Below, one piece after another: positions 23,329 through 34,000 of a stretch of DNA of 37,448 bases. The position numbers and the translations under genes were made by a program. The notes beneath the pieces are model-generated. The model did not search any database. It saw nothing but the letters and a program-made list of their open reading frames with translations, and was not told the DNA's origin. Source of the DNA: a virus. Lineage: Duplodnaviria > Caudoviricetes. Where the stretch lies: positions 1 through 37,448 of the IMG/VR virus record IMGVR_UViG_3300034062_003112, one strand, 5' to 3'. Numbering within the stretch: the first letter of the stretch is position 1; every line of letters starts with the position of its first letter.

Positions 23329-25756
23329 GACGTTTGTTCGCAGCTTCAATGGCGGCATCATCAGCCCCGAAATGCTCGGGCGCATTGATGACATCAAGAA
23401 CAACACGGGTCTGCAGACCTGCAGGAACTTCATCCCCCTGCCGCAGGGTCCGGTCGTCAACCGTCCCGGCTTCCAGTTCGTGCGGGCTGTCAAGGACAGC
23501 GCGAAGTTTACCCGCGTTATGCCGTTTCGCTTTTCGGCGACGCAAACCACCGTCATTGAGGCGGGCGAGGCCTACTTCCGGTTTCACACCTTTGGCGGCA
23601 CGCTGCTGACGCCGACCACCGGCCTCACCGCCTGGAACAGCGCCACGGCCTACGTGCCCGGCGATCTGGCGACTAAAGGCGGCAAGACCTGGTATTGCGT
23701 TGCCAACAGCACCAACAACGACCCGGAGGTCGCCGCCAACCAGTACGGTTCCGCGCCGGTTATCACCGCGACGTGGGTGGAGACGGTGCCGGCACAGGCC
23801 ACCCCGCCGGCTGGCTACACTAACGTGGGCACTGAGTTGCCCGTCTCGGCGACCATTGGCGCGCTCGTCTACATCAGCCAGACAAGCTATGACTGGACCG
23901 AAATTTACGACCCTGAGCTTGGCCGGTTTGGCGTCGAGCCGATAGAAACGACTGTTTACATTGGCTACACGGGCACGGCCAACACCAGCCCGACCGGCTT
24001 CTGGTACGAGATGCCGGTCCCTTACCAGATCCCTTCGCCCTATGCCGAGGCGGATCTGCCGGACCTGCGCTACGTCCAGAGCGCGGATGTGATGACGATC
24101 TGCCATCCTAACTACGCGCCCCGTGAATTGCGGCGGTTGTCGGCGACCAAGTGGGTTCTCAGCGTTATCAGCTTCGGTTCGACGCTGTCCGCTCCGACGA
24201 TATCAAGCGTGACGCCAACTCTGGGGTCCTCGCCATCTCTGGCGCAGACTTACAGCTATGTCGCCACCCGGGTAAGCGATGATCAGCTTGACGAAAGCGT
24301 TGCCTCGGCCGCAGTGACGGCCAGCAACCAGTTGTTCGACACTGGCGCGGTCAATACCATCAACTTCGCCACAAGCGCCCGGCGCAATGTCTATCGGGAA
24401 AGCGGCGGGTTGTATGGCTTCATCGGCCAGACCACCGGCACAAGCCTGGTGGATGACAACATTGCGCCCGACGTCAGCCGCACGCCACCGATCAACCAGA
24501 ACCCCTTCGCCAGCGCTGGAAATTACCCGTCGGCTGTCTGCTATTACGAGCAGCGGCGGGTCTTCGCCGGCACGAATAACCTGCCGCAGACCTTCTGGAT
24601 GACAAAGACAGGAACGGAGAGTAATTTTAATTACTCCATCCCCGTGCGGGACGACGACGCCATCAATATCAAGATGGCCAGCCGCGAGGCCAACACGATC
24701 CGCCACGCTGTCGTGGTGGGCGATCTGCTGATGATGACGGATCATGCCGAATGGCGGATATCCAGCGCCGGGGACGTGCTGACGCCCACCACGGTCACTG
24801 TCCGTCCGCAGTCCTACATTGGCGCATCCAACGTCCAGCCGGTGACCGTCAATAACACGGCGATCTACGCGGCCAACCGCGGTGGCCATGTGCGGGCTGT
24901 GGGCTTTGACTTTGACGTGCAGTCATACGTTTCCGTCGACCTAAGCTTACGCGCCGCGCACCTGTTTGACTTCAAGACAATCAAGGACATGGACTACGCC
25001 AAAGGGCCGATCCCGATCGTCTGGGCGGTCTCAAGCGATGGGCGACTGCTGGGCCTGACTTACGTGCCCGAGCAGCAGGTCTACGCCTGGCATTCCCATG
25101 ACACGGACGGGCTGATTGAGAGCATCGCTGTCGTTGGCGAGGGCAATGACGACATTCTCTACGCTGTCATCAAGCGCAAGATCAACAATGTTGACGTGCG
25201 CTATGTCGAGCGCCTCGCAAGCCGCTACTTTGCTGAGCTGAAAGACTTTTTCGGGGTCGACTGCGGGCTGACCTACAGCGGCGCCGCGGCTACGACCATC
25301 AGCGGCCTGTCGCACCTTGAGGGCAAGGAGGTATACATTCTTGCAGATGGCGCAGTTATGGCGCCCAAAACGGTGACGGGAGGCCAGATCACGCTGGAGA
25401 AGGCAGCTTCGCTGGTGCATGTCGGCCTGCCGATCGTCAGTGACCTGCAGACCCTGCCCATGGCCATGGAAGGCGTCGACGGGTTCGGGCAAGGCCGGGT
25501 CAAGAATGTCAATCAGGTGTTCCTGCGGGTTTACCGCTCGAGCGGGATATTCGTCGGACCCTCGGTCGATGACCTTACGGAAGCCAAGATCCGCACGACT
25601 GAGACGTATGGAACGCCGCCCAACCTCAAGACCGAAGAGATAGACATCCTTGTTACTCCAACCTGGCAGCGCGACGGGCAGATCGTGATAAGGCAAACTG
25701 ATCCGGTGCCGCTGACGATTGTGAGCGCGACAATTGAAGTACAGATGGGGTCCTAG
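23318..25756 (+). CDS. Tail tubular protein B / nozzle (T7 gp12-like)
   Basis: SFNGGIISP, N.IP.PQG...RPG, YVQSADV, YPSAV.YYEQR and EQQV.AW motifs; 812 aa. Confidence 0.88.
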   Translation: MASKTFVRSFNGGIISPEMLGRIDDIKNNTGLQTCRNFIPLPQGPVVNRPGFQFVRAVKDSAKFTRVMPFRFSATQTTVIEAGEAYFRFHTFGGTLLTPTTGLTAWNSATAYVPGDLATKGGKTWYCVANSTNNDPEVAANQYGSAPVITATWVETVPAQATPPAGYTNVGTELPVSATIGALVYISQTSYDWTEIYDPELGRFGVEPIETTVYIGYTGTANTSPTGFWYEMPVPYQIPSPYAEADLPDLRYVQSADVMTICHPNYAPRELRRLSATKWVLSVISFGSTLSAPTISSVTPTLGSSPSLAQTYSYVATRVSDDQLDESVASAAVTASNQLFDTGAVNTINFATSARRNVYRESGGLYGFIGQTTGTSLVDDNIAPDVSRTPPINQNPFASAGNYPSAVCYYEQRRVFAGTNNLPQTFWMTKTGTESNFNYSIPVRDDDAINIKMASREANTIRHAVVVGDLLMMTDHAEWRISSAGDVLTPTTVTVRPQSYIGASNVQPVTVNNTAIYAANRGGHVRAVGFDFDVQSYVSVDLSLRAAHLFDFKTIKDMDYAKGPIPIVWAVSSDGRLLGLTYVPEQQVYAWHSHDTDGLIESIAVVGEGNDDILYAVIKRKINNVDVRYVERLASRYFAELKDFFGVDCGLTYSGAAATTISGLSHLEGKEVYILADGAVMAPKTVTGGQITLEKAASLVHVGLPIVSDLQTLPMAMEGVDGFGQGRVKNVNQVFLRVYRSSGIFVGPSVDDLTEAKIRTTETYGTPPNLKTEEIDILVTPTWQRDGQIVIRQTDPVPLTIVSATIEVQMGS

Positions 25757-26362
25757 ATGGCGCTAACGACAGCACAGATGGCCACAGCCGCCCTGACGAC
25801 ACAGGCTATCGGCGGCGTCGGGCAGGCCTTTGGCGCGTACTACCAGGCGCAGGGCCAGAAGACCGCCCTGAAGCTGCAGGCGCGTATGGCTGAGATCAAT
25901 GCACAGATCGCGCAAGGACAGGCCCGGGATGCGCTTATGCGCGGCGAGCGACAGGAGCAGGGCTCCCGCATGCAGGCCGCTCAGCTCAAATCCTCGCAGC
26001 GCGCAGCCATGGCCGCCAGCGGGATTGACCTCGGCTCCGAAACGTCCGCAGCTATCCTTACGTCAACCGATTACCTGTCCGAGATGGAAGCCAACACGAT
26101 CAAGGCCAATGCCCTGCGCGAGGCGTGGGGGTACAGGATGGAGGCCGTCGGGCGGCGCGGAGAGGCTGGCATGGCGCGTGCGACCGCGCGGGGGATCAGC
26201 CCCGTTGGCGAAGGGCTGACATCTCTGTTGACGTCGGCGAGTACCGTGGCCGGCAATTATGCGACCTTCTCCTCGCTGGGGGCGTTTAACAAACCATCAG
26301 CGATTGGCAGCATGGCGGCAAGGTCTGGCGCTGATCTGTCCAGATTTAGAGGGCCACGCTAA
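25757..26362 (+). CDS. Internal virion protein (gp14-like ejection protein)
   Basis: Ala/Gln/Gly-rich helical protein with QRAAMAASGIDL; first gene after the nozzle. Confidence 0.75.
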   Translation: MALTTAQMATAALTTQAIGGVGQAFGAYYQAQGQKTALKLQARMAEINAQIAQGQARDALMRGERQEQGSRMQAAQLKSSQRAAMAASGIDLGSETSAAILTSTDYLSEMEANTIKANALREAWGYRMEAVGRRGEAGMARATARGISPVGEGLTSLLTSASTVAGNYATFSSLGAFNKPSAIGSMAARSGADLSRFRGPR

Positions 26363-28068
26363 TGCCCAAAGTCCCCACAGCCGAAGGGTTTGGCGCATTG
26401 CCCGGCATACGGCAGGGGCAGGCGCGGCCGGTCATGTCCATGGAGGAGGCCAGCTTGCCGGGTCAGCGCATGATCCGCGCCGGGCAGGCGGCCATGCAGG
26501 TGGGCGGGCAGATGGCCGAGTTCGCCATCCGCGAGCAGGAGAAGATCAACAAGGCGCGCCTGAACGACGCTTACAACCAGGCTGACCGCCTGACGCAGGA
26601 CCTGCGCGTCAAGATGAAACAGCTGCAGGGGGCTGACGCCGTCGAGATCAATGGTGTTCCCCTCGACCAGTATTTTGGCGAGGAACTCAACAAAGGCCTC
26701 AGCGCCATCACGCAAAATCTGCAGGCGCCCGTGGTGCGTGAGCAGTTCTCCCTGCTGGCCGATGACGTATCAACCCGCTTCCGAAACGAAGCCATTACCC
26801 ACATGGCTGAGCAGGGGCAGGTGTATGAGAGCCGGGTGCTGGACGATACCGTCACCACGTCCATGAACCTGATCGCCGAGAACGCCGGCAATACTTTTGT
26901 CGAGCGGTGGAACCTGACGCGGGCCAAGGACGCCCTGCGGACCAAATACGACCGCGCCGGCTTTGACCCGGAGCAGGCCGACCTGCGGATGAAAGAGGAT
27001 CTTGGCAAGAGCCATACGGTTATTATCGAGGCCATGGTCAATCGCGGTCAGGTCATGCAGGCCAAGTCCTACTTTGACCGCCACCGCGGCGACTTTCTCA
27101 GCGCCGACGCCAGCACGGTCGAGGGGGCGCTGCAGAAAAGCATATCAGCCAGCCAGGCGCTGGTGGATGTTGACGCGGTTGTCTCCAAGATGCCGCTGCG
27201 TGGAGATAATATCCGCCGGGCTGACATGGACGCAGAGCTGCGCCGGATTGTCGGCGATGACCCTGTCCGTCTGAGTGCGGCGCGTTCAGAGCTGAATACC
27301 CGTATCAGCTTCCATCTCGACCAGTACGCTGGCGAATACGCCAACGATCAGGACCGCGTCTTTACCCTCGCCCAACAATCGCCTGCTGCCGCCATGGCCA
27401 GCCCGTCATTCGCGCGCCTGAAAGCCAAAGATCAGAAAGCCATTCTTGACATGGCGACGGGCATCCAGAGCGACCGCGTCAGGGCGCAGCAGGACATCAC
27501 TTACGGCAATCTGGCTTATGGCGATCCTCGCATGCTGGCGGGCATGACTGACAACGCTTTCCGCTCCCTGCGCTTCGGCATGAGCCAGGAACAGTTTGCC
27601 AGCCTGGACAAGCGCCGACAGGAATTGCGTCAGAACCCGCTGGCCATCAATCGCATGAACGTCGACAACACTACCTTCGACTTCCTGCTTGGAGAGCTCG
27701 GCATTGACGACCCAAAACAGGTGGAGCCGGCCACGCTGTTCAGGTTGCGGGACGGAATGGAAAGTGTCCTGACACTGGAAAGAGCGCGACTTGGGCGCGA
27801 ATATCTGACGCCGGACGAGATGCGAAACGTAATCGTTGGCGAAGCGATCAAAAAGGTCAGAACCGTACTTACCGGATCAACCGGACAGGCGGCTCAAATT
27901 GTTCCCACAACCATCACGGATGTGAACCAGATACCGCCAACTATACTTTCGCAGATGAAACAACTCATGCAGCAAAACTATCAGCAGACAGGCGATGCAC
28001 AGTATCTTGTGACAGATGCCAATCTTATAGCCCAATACGAAGAGTTCGTTTCCAGAACGCGCAAATAA
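26362..28068 (+). CDS. Internal virion protein (gp15-like ejection protein)
   Basis: MPKVPT start, helical throughout, 568 aa; lies between the gp14-like gene and the giant protein. Confidence 0.7.
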   Translation: MPKVPTAEGFGALPGIRQGQARPVMSMEEASLPGQRMIRAGQAAMQVGGQMAEFAIREQEKINKARLNDAYNQADRLTQDLRVKMKQLQGADAVEINGVPLDQYFGEELNKGLSAITQNLQAPVVREQFSLLADDVSTRFRNEAITHMAEQGQVYESRVLDDTVTTSMNLIAENAGNTFVERWNLTRAKDALRTKYDRAGFDPEQADLRMKEDLGKSHTVIIEAMVNRGQVMQAKSYFDRHRGDFLSADASTVEGALQKSISASQALVDVDAVVSKMPLRGDNIRRADMDAELRRIVGDDPVRLSAARSELNTRISFHLDQYAGEYANDQDRVFTLAQQSPAAAMASPSFARLKAKDQKAILDMATGIQSDRVRAQQDITYGNLAYGDPRMLAGMTDNAFRSLRFGMSQEQFASLDKRRQELRQNPLAINRMNVDNTTFDFLLGELGIDDPKQVEPATLFRLRDGMESVLTLERARLGREYLTPDEMRNVIVGEAIKKVRTVLTGSTGQAAQIVPTTITDVNQIPPTILSQMKQLMQQNYQQTGDAQYLVTDANLIAQYEEFVSRTRK

Positions 28069-28080
28069 AGGCTGAGAAAA

Positions 28081-31000
28081 TTGCCGCCTAACGATCCGCC
28101 AGAGCAAAACGAAAACATTCGCGATATCGCGCGCAGTCTCAGGATTTCGCCTGAAGCCGCGCGGTCCATGATGGAGAGGCAGACCGCAGAGCCTCTGGAT
28201 TTTGAAACATTTGGCTATCTTGGCGATTACCCGACGCGCCCCGAAAATGTTGACGTCGCCCCATGGGCGCGTACGGACGAGCGCCTGATTGATTTCTTCT
28301 CGGCGAAAAGACAGCAGCAGGCTCCCGCCGATCCTTTGTCTGACTTCTTCAAAACCAAGGCAGCCGCATCCCTGCAGACGCAGGCCGTAAGCCGCAATGC
28401 TGCGATGATGTCGGCTATCGCCACCAATCCCGACCAGGAAGCCGCTATTCGAAAGATGGCTTCCAGAATGGAAATGCCCGTTAGCCTTGTCAGGGGCATG
28501 GGCATGGCGGAAGCGCAAAACAAGGTTGCGCGTGACAATGTCAACCCGGCCAACACGCCATCTCTCGCAAAAGCCTATTCGCAACCAGACTGGGCGCAGC
28601 TGGCGATTGATGACTGGGAAAAGCTGAGTGATGTCGAAAGGATCATCAGGCAGGCCGGCGGATGGCAGAATGAAATCAGCAACGCAAGAAGTCAGATAAA
28701 CGAATTTGAGCACAAGCTCTTTCTTGGGCAGCCTCTGCGTCCGTCTGAACAACTTAAATATCAGGATCTTGAAAACCGTATCCGCGTGCTGTCGCAGCAG
28801 CAGAAAGCTGGCGAAACTGGTCCATCTTACGTTCTTAACGTCATCTCTGGAACGGCAACCGATGTTGCATCCAGTTTGCCGGAAATGGCCATTTACGGGA
28901 CCGTCGGATTGATAGGCGGCCCGCAGGGGGCGCGGTATGGCGCCCAAGTGGGATCCGCTTTTTACAACTACCGTCAGATTGTCGGAACAACATTCAAGGA
29001 ATATCGCAATATCCGCGATCAGACGACTGGTGAATTTATCGACCAGGATGTGGCGCGTGGTGGGGCTTTCATAAACGCCATATTCAGTGTCGGTCTGGAA
29101 ACCTTTGCCGACAAGGTTCTGCTCGGCTTGGTAGTGCCTGGCGCTGAAAAGTTCCTTTCAACTCCCGGCAAGGATGTTGTCAGCCAGCTGCTGCAATCTG
29201 AAGGCGGCCGCAATGTCATGATGCGCGTCGGCAAAAAGGTTGCAACCGGCGCCATTGTTGAGGCCGTGACAGAAGCCATACAGGAAGGCAGCGCAATTCT
29301 TGGCGGTGAAACTGTCAAGGCAGTTGCCCCCGGCGACTTTGCTCCGATCAGCGAAGAAGAAACCAGACAGCGCATTCAGACTGCAGCAATAGAGGGCGGT
29401 ATTGGCGGCGGCGGTCTGGCCGGCATTGCGGCGGGTCCGCAAATTATTATTGAAAACCGCGCCATCGCGAGGGCGGAGCGTGAACTGGCCACGTCAAAGG
29501 GTAGCGTTGACGCTGTTGAACGCGCCGTTCAGGCTGCCTCCGAAAGCAAGCTTATCGCCCGCGACCGCGGCGAACTGGAGAAGTTCATTGACGACGCGGC
29601 GGCTGATGGCCCGGTGTCGACCGTCTACTTCTCGGCAGATGACCTTGCCAATGTCGCACGCGAGGCCGGTCTTGAGCCGCAGCAGCTGGCCCAGCAGCTT
29701 GGCGTCACGGACCAGATCCAGCCGGCATCCGTTACCAATGCCCTGCTTGAGATGCCGGTTGGCAAGTTCATCGCCACGGTGGCCGACACCGACCTTGCCA
29801 AGCCGCTTATTCAGGTCATCAAGACCAACCCCTTCCTGCTGAACCGCGCCGAGCAGGAGGCCTACTCATCCGGCGGCAGGCAGGATATCATTGCTGAGGC
29901 TGACCGCCTTGTGCAGCAGGCCTTGACAGACGAGACCTTCGCCGCTGAGGCCCAGTCCATACAGGACGAGGTGCTGCAGCAGTTCCGCGCCTTTGAGGGC
30001 GGCGAGGTGTTCACCCCGGAAGTCAATCGCGCTTACGCCACCATCACGACGCAGGGCTATGTCTCACTGGCCCGGCGCATGGGCATCAGCCCGCGAGAGG
30101 CTTACCAAAAGTATCAGACAGGTCCGCTTCAAATCCAGCGCCAGGCTGCGACAGAAGAAGGCATGGGTCAGCCCGTTTTGGCGCAAGCCAAGCAGGTCGG
30201 TTACGAAGGCCAGAGCATTGGTGAAGCGCAGGAGTGGGTGCGCGCCCGCGAGAAGGGCCTGGACATGTCGCAGGAAGGGCGACTGCAGCGGGCGCAGGAG
30301 ATGGGGTTTGATACGGGGCGCGTGGTTTATCACGGAAGCCCGTATTCGATAGATGCCTTTGATGTGACTAGAGGCGGAGAGTTAACCAAAGTTGATGTTG
30401 CAAAAGAGGGCATTTTCCTCGTTGATCAACCGGACATAGCCGCTGGTTATGCCACAACAGGTTTGAGCCTTAGAGCGCAGAACGATGTTCTGCCTATTGC
30501 AAGAAAAGTGAACTCTGGGGAAACGGCCTACGACTTTCAAGGCAATAAAATAAATCCCAAAACATTTGATGCCATGGAGCTGGTGAAGGAGCGCATTGAA
30601 ACGCTCAGAAAAGAAGGAATGAGCGAAGGCGCGACTTATCCGCTTGTGGTGCGTGGCAACATCAAAGTTGTCGAAGGCGCGGATCAACGGCTTGAAGGGC
30701 AAAAAGACTTCGTCAAGATGTTTGCGTCTTTGCCAGCGGATGAAATCAGACGGGCAAAAGAAGAAGGTTACGACGGCGTTCGGTTTGTGCAAACAACGGA
30801 CTACGGCAATGTCGGTGATTATACGGTCATCTTCGACCCCTCCAACATCCGCTCCGTCAACGCCGCTTTCGACCCGGAGTTTGCCGAGAGCGCGAACATA
30901 CTGGCGCAGGATCTCATACCGCCTGACATACAGGCCGAAATGGTCAGAATTTACAATGAAAATATTGGCACAGAACAGGAAGACATTGATCGTTTTATAA

Positions 31001-34000
31001 ACTCACGCGATGCAGAAAAGTATAACTGGAACAAAATTACAGAGCAGGATCTGATTGATCGCATTGGTGAAGACGAAGATGTCAATGCGACGTTTCCAGA
31101 AGCCATGGAAATTATCCGCCAAGAAGGCGCGGCTATAGAATATGGAACAGACAACAACATAAATTATGCTGCTGAAAGAGACGCTCCGAAACGAAAAGAG
31201 TTTTATGCTGATGCCGCTTACGAAGAAGGATGGGTCAAGCCCAGACCGGAAACCATTGATGACATTCTGCAAATTGGCGTTGATGAATTTGCCGCCTCTC
31301 AGGTGATGGAATACCTTGCGGAAACTGAAGGCTGGACAGCAACCAAAGTTAGAAAAAATTACAGATATCAAACTCTTGAAAAGGAGGTTGCCGGCGGCGT
31401 TGTCTATCTTAACGTGCGAATTTCTGACCATGCTAAACAATCTGCGGTTGGACATGCCGTTTATGGTAAAGATGACATAGATATCAATCTTGCTCCGTCT
31501 GTTGGCGAAGGTAACGAGCAGTATGCTGCTGACGATTTTAACAGCATGCTGATGAAGATGCGCGAAGCAGAACAGCGCGGGCCTTTAGATGAAAATATAC
31601 TCGGCCAGGAGCGCGAGCTGGATGCGATGGGGTTTTACTCAGCGGTTCAGGAAGCCGCGGTCAGGATACCCGATAACATCTGGGCCATGGGCTGGCAGGC
31701 CGCGCGAAATGCCATCGCGAAGGGCAGAGGTGGCCTTCCTCCGCGCAGGACCGAGATGGAGTATCTGGGCCTCGACGCCATGTTTGGCGACACGGAGATA
31801 AGGCCGGGTGACAATTTCCCAAGGAAGGGCGCTGCGCTCAAGGAAGCTGTGCTTGAGCACATCGCTGCAAAGCGGCTGGCGCTGGTTGAGAACTTCGTGC
31901 GGTTTGATCCGAACGAAAAGAAGATGCCGAGCAAACGTGCAATGCTGGAGGCCATGTCGCCGCAGGCGCTTAGCTCCCTCATTAATGTTGAGTTCCAAAA
32001 CCAAGGCGACGGGCGTGGCAAAATCGTCAGCGACCTTGGCAATCCGCTCTATCTTTATATCCAACGCAAAGGCGAAGCGCTTGCCTCGCCAACCTATTAC
32101 GATCTGATGCAGCCACAACCTGGCGGCGAGGCCAAAGTAATCGCAACCGGAACTATAGGCGACCTGGACCCCATCGTTGGCAAGATGATTTTTGACGCCA
32201 ATCCCGAACGAGCGGTTCGTCGGATCGACAAGGACGCGCTGGCTGAAGCCTATCAAGAAGGATATGCGTCCAATCTCGTCCGCGGCCCCGGCGACATCCG
32301 CCTTCCTGGTGAAGATGTGCCGATGTTTGAAGCTGTCATTGGCATTCCCAAGGGTGTACCGGGTGCGGAATATCAGGCTCCTGTGTCGCATGTCGGCGGC
32401 AAAGCCAAAGGCACGCTGGTCACAGCGCATGGCGAAGAGCGCATCGACGACAAAGGCCAGCGCACAATCTTCGTTGGCCAGGTCCAGTCGGACATAGCGC
32501 AGGAGGCAAGGGAAAAAAAAGATCGGGTACGGGGTGTAGAGAAGGCGAGCGAGTTAAGTGCCGAAGTAATGAAAGCGTCTGGCATCAAGGATCGGCGAAC
32601 CGCATTAGATTACCTGTATGAAATCCAAGAGGTTGATGGTCGCAAAACCTCGCAGGAATACTTCGACGAACGATGGAAAAACGTCAATGACCATTACGTT
32701 TTAAGCCCTGCTCTTCAAGAGTATGCGCGTCGAAACGACATGGAGTTCACCTTCCTTCCGACCGCGTACGACCTTGAACAAGCTAATACTTATAGCCCCG
32801 ATCGTTTAAGGGCTCCGCTTATAACCACCTCCGAATGGACCAACGTCGCTGTCAGGGCGATGATCTACCGCGCCGCGCGTCAGGGCTTCCAGTCCATCAG
32901 TTTTCCGACTGGTCAAACCAGCGCGATCATTCAGGGAAATGAAGAAGCGGTGATGCACTACGAGACCAACGTCAAAGGCGCGCTGGAAAAGATAGCCCGG
33001 CAGCTGGGCGGGGAGGTTCGGAGGGGGTCGGTCAAGTACAACCCGCTGGATCAAGCGGAGTGGGAAAACCTGCCGCAAGAAACCGCCGAAAAAGCGCTTG
33101 CTTCACTTTGGTCGCGTCTGCCTCCGGTTGTTCGCGGGACCATTCGTATGAACATGCCGAATATGCGTAAGACAGACGATGGCGAGTTTTATGTCGCTAC
33201 TGCATCGCGCCCCGGTAAGGATGACAGCGGCGTTGGTAAAGACACCTACGAATGGACGTTCGCCCGCGAGGCCAAGCGCAATCCGCTAATCGCAGCCTAT
33301 CAGATATGGGTACAAGGCGCGATGATCTTTGGCCAGCCTGGCGCTTTTGAGCGTTTAATCACGGCGGCGGGCGGGCCTCAAGGCGCAGTCACTGAAGCAC
33401 TTCAGCAAGCCATCGCCGAAGGTGAGCCGGCTTCCGCCTACATCCTCGACCTCACCCCGGAAATGCGGTCGAAGATTGTTACCGAGGGTTTCCCCCTCTT
33501 CGCCCCCGGCCGGCGCGCCCAGTATCAGCCCGATCTCAACAGGATCATGCTTCTGCCCAAAGCGGACTGGTCCTCTTATCTGCACGAGATGGGTCACCAT
33601 TTCCTCGAGGTGTACAACAACGCCGCCCTGCAGATCATGCAGACGCCGGAGGCCGATCGCACGCCGGATGAGCAGGAGCTTGTTGACGAGATGCGTCTGC
33701 TTCTGACCGACATGGCGCGTCAGGCCGGCACGCCGATAACGGGCGATGTTCTGCAATGGTGGGCGAATACGCCGCTTGATGATCGCAGGCCGGTGCATGA
33801 GAAATACGCCCAGGCCACCGAGAAGTATTTCATGGAGGGCAAGGCTCCTGTGCCGGAGCTGCAGAGCCTGTTTGACAAGTTCCGTGACTGGCTGATTGAG
33901 ACCTACAAGAGACTTGCCACGGCGCTCAATGTCGAGTTGTCCGACGAAGTACGCGGCGTCATGGATCGCATGTACGCGGCGCACGAGACGGTCAGGACGG

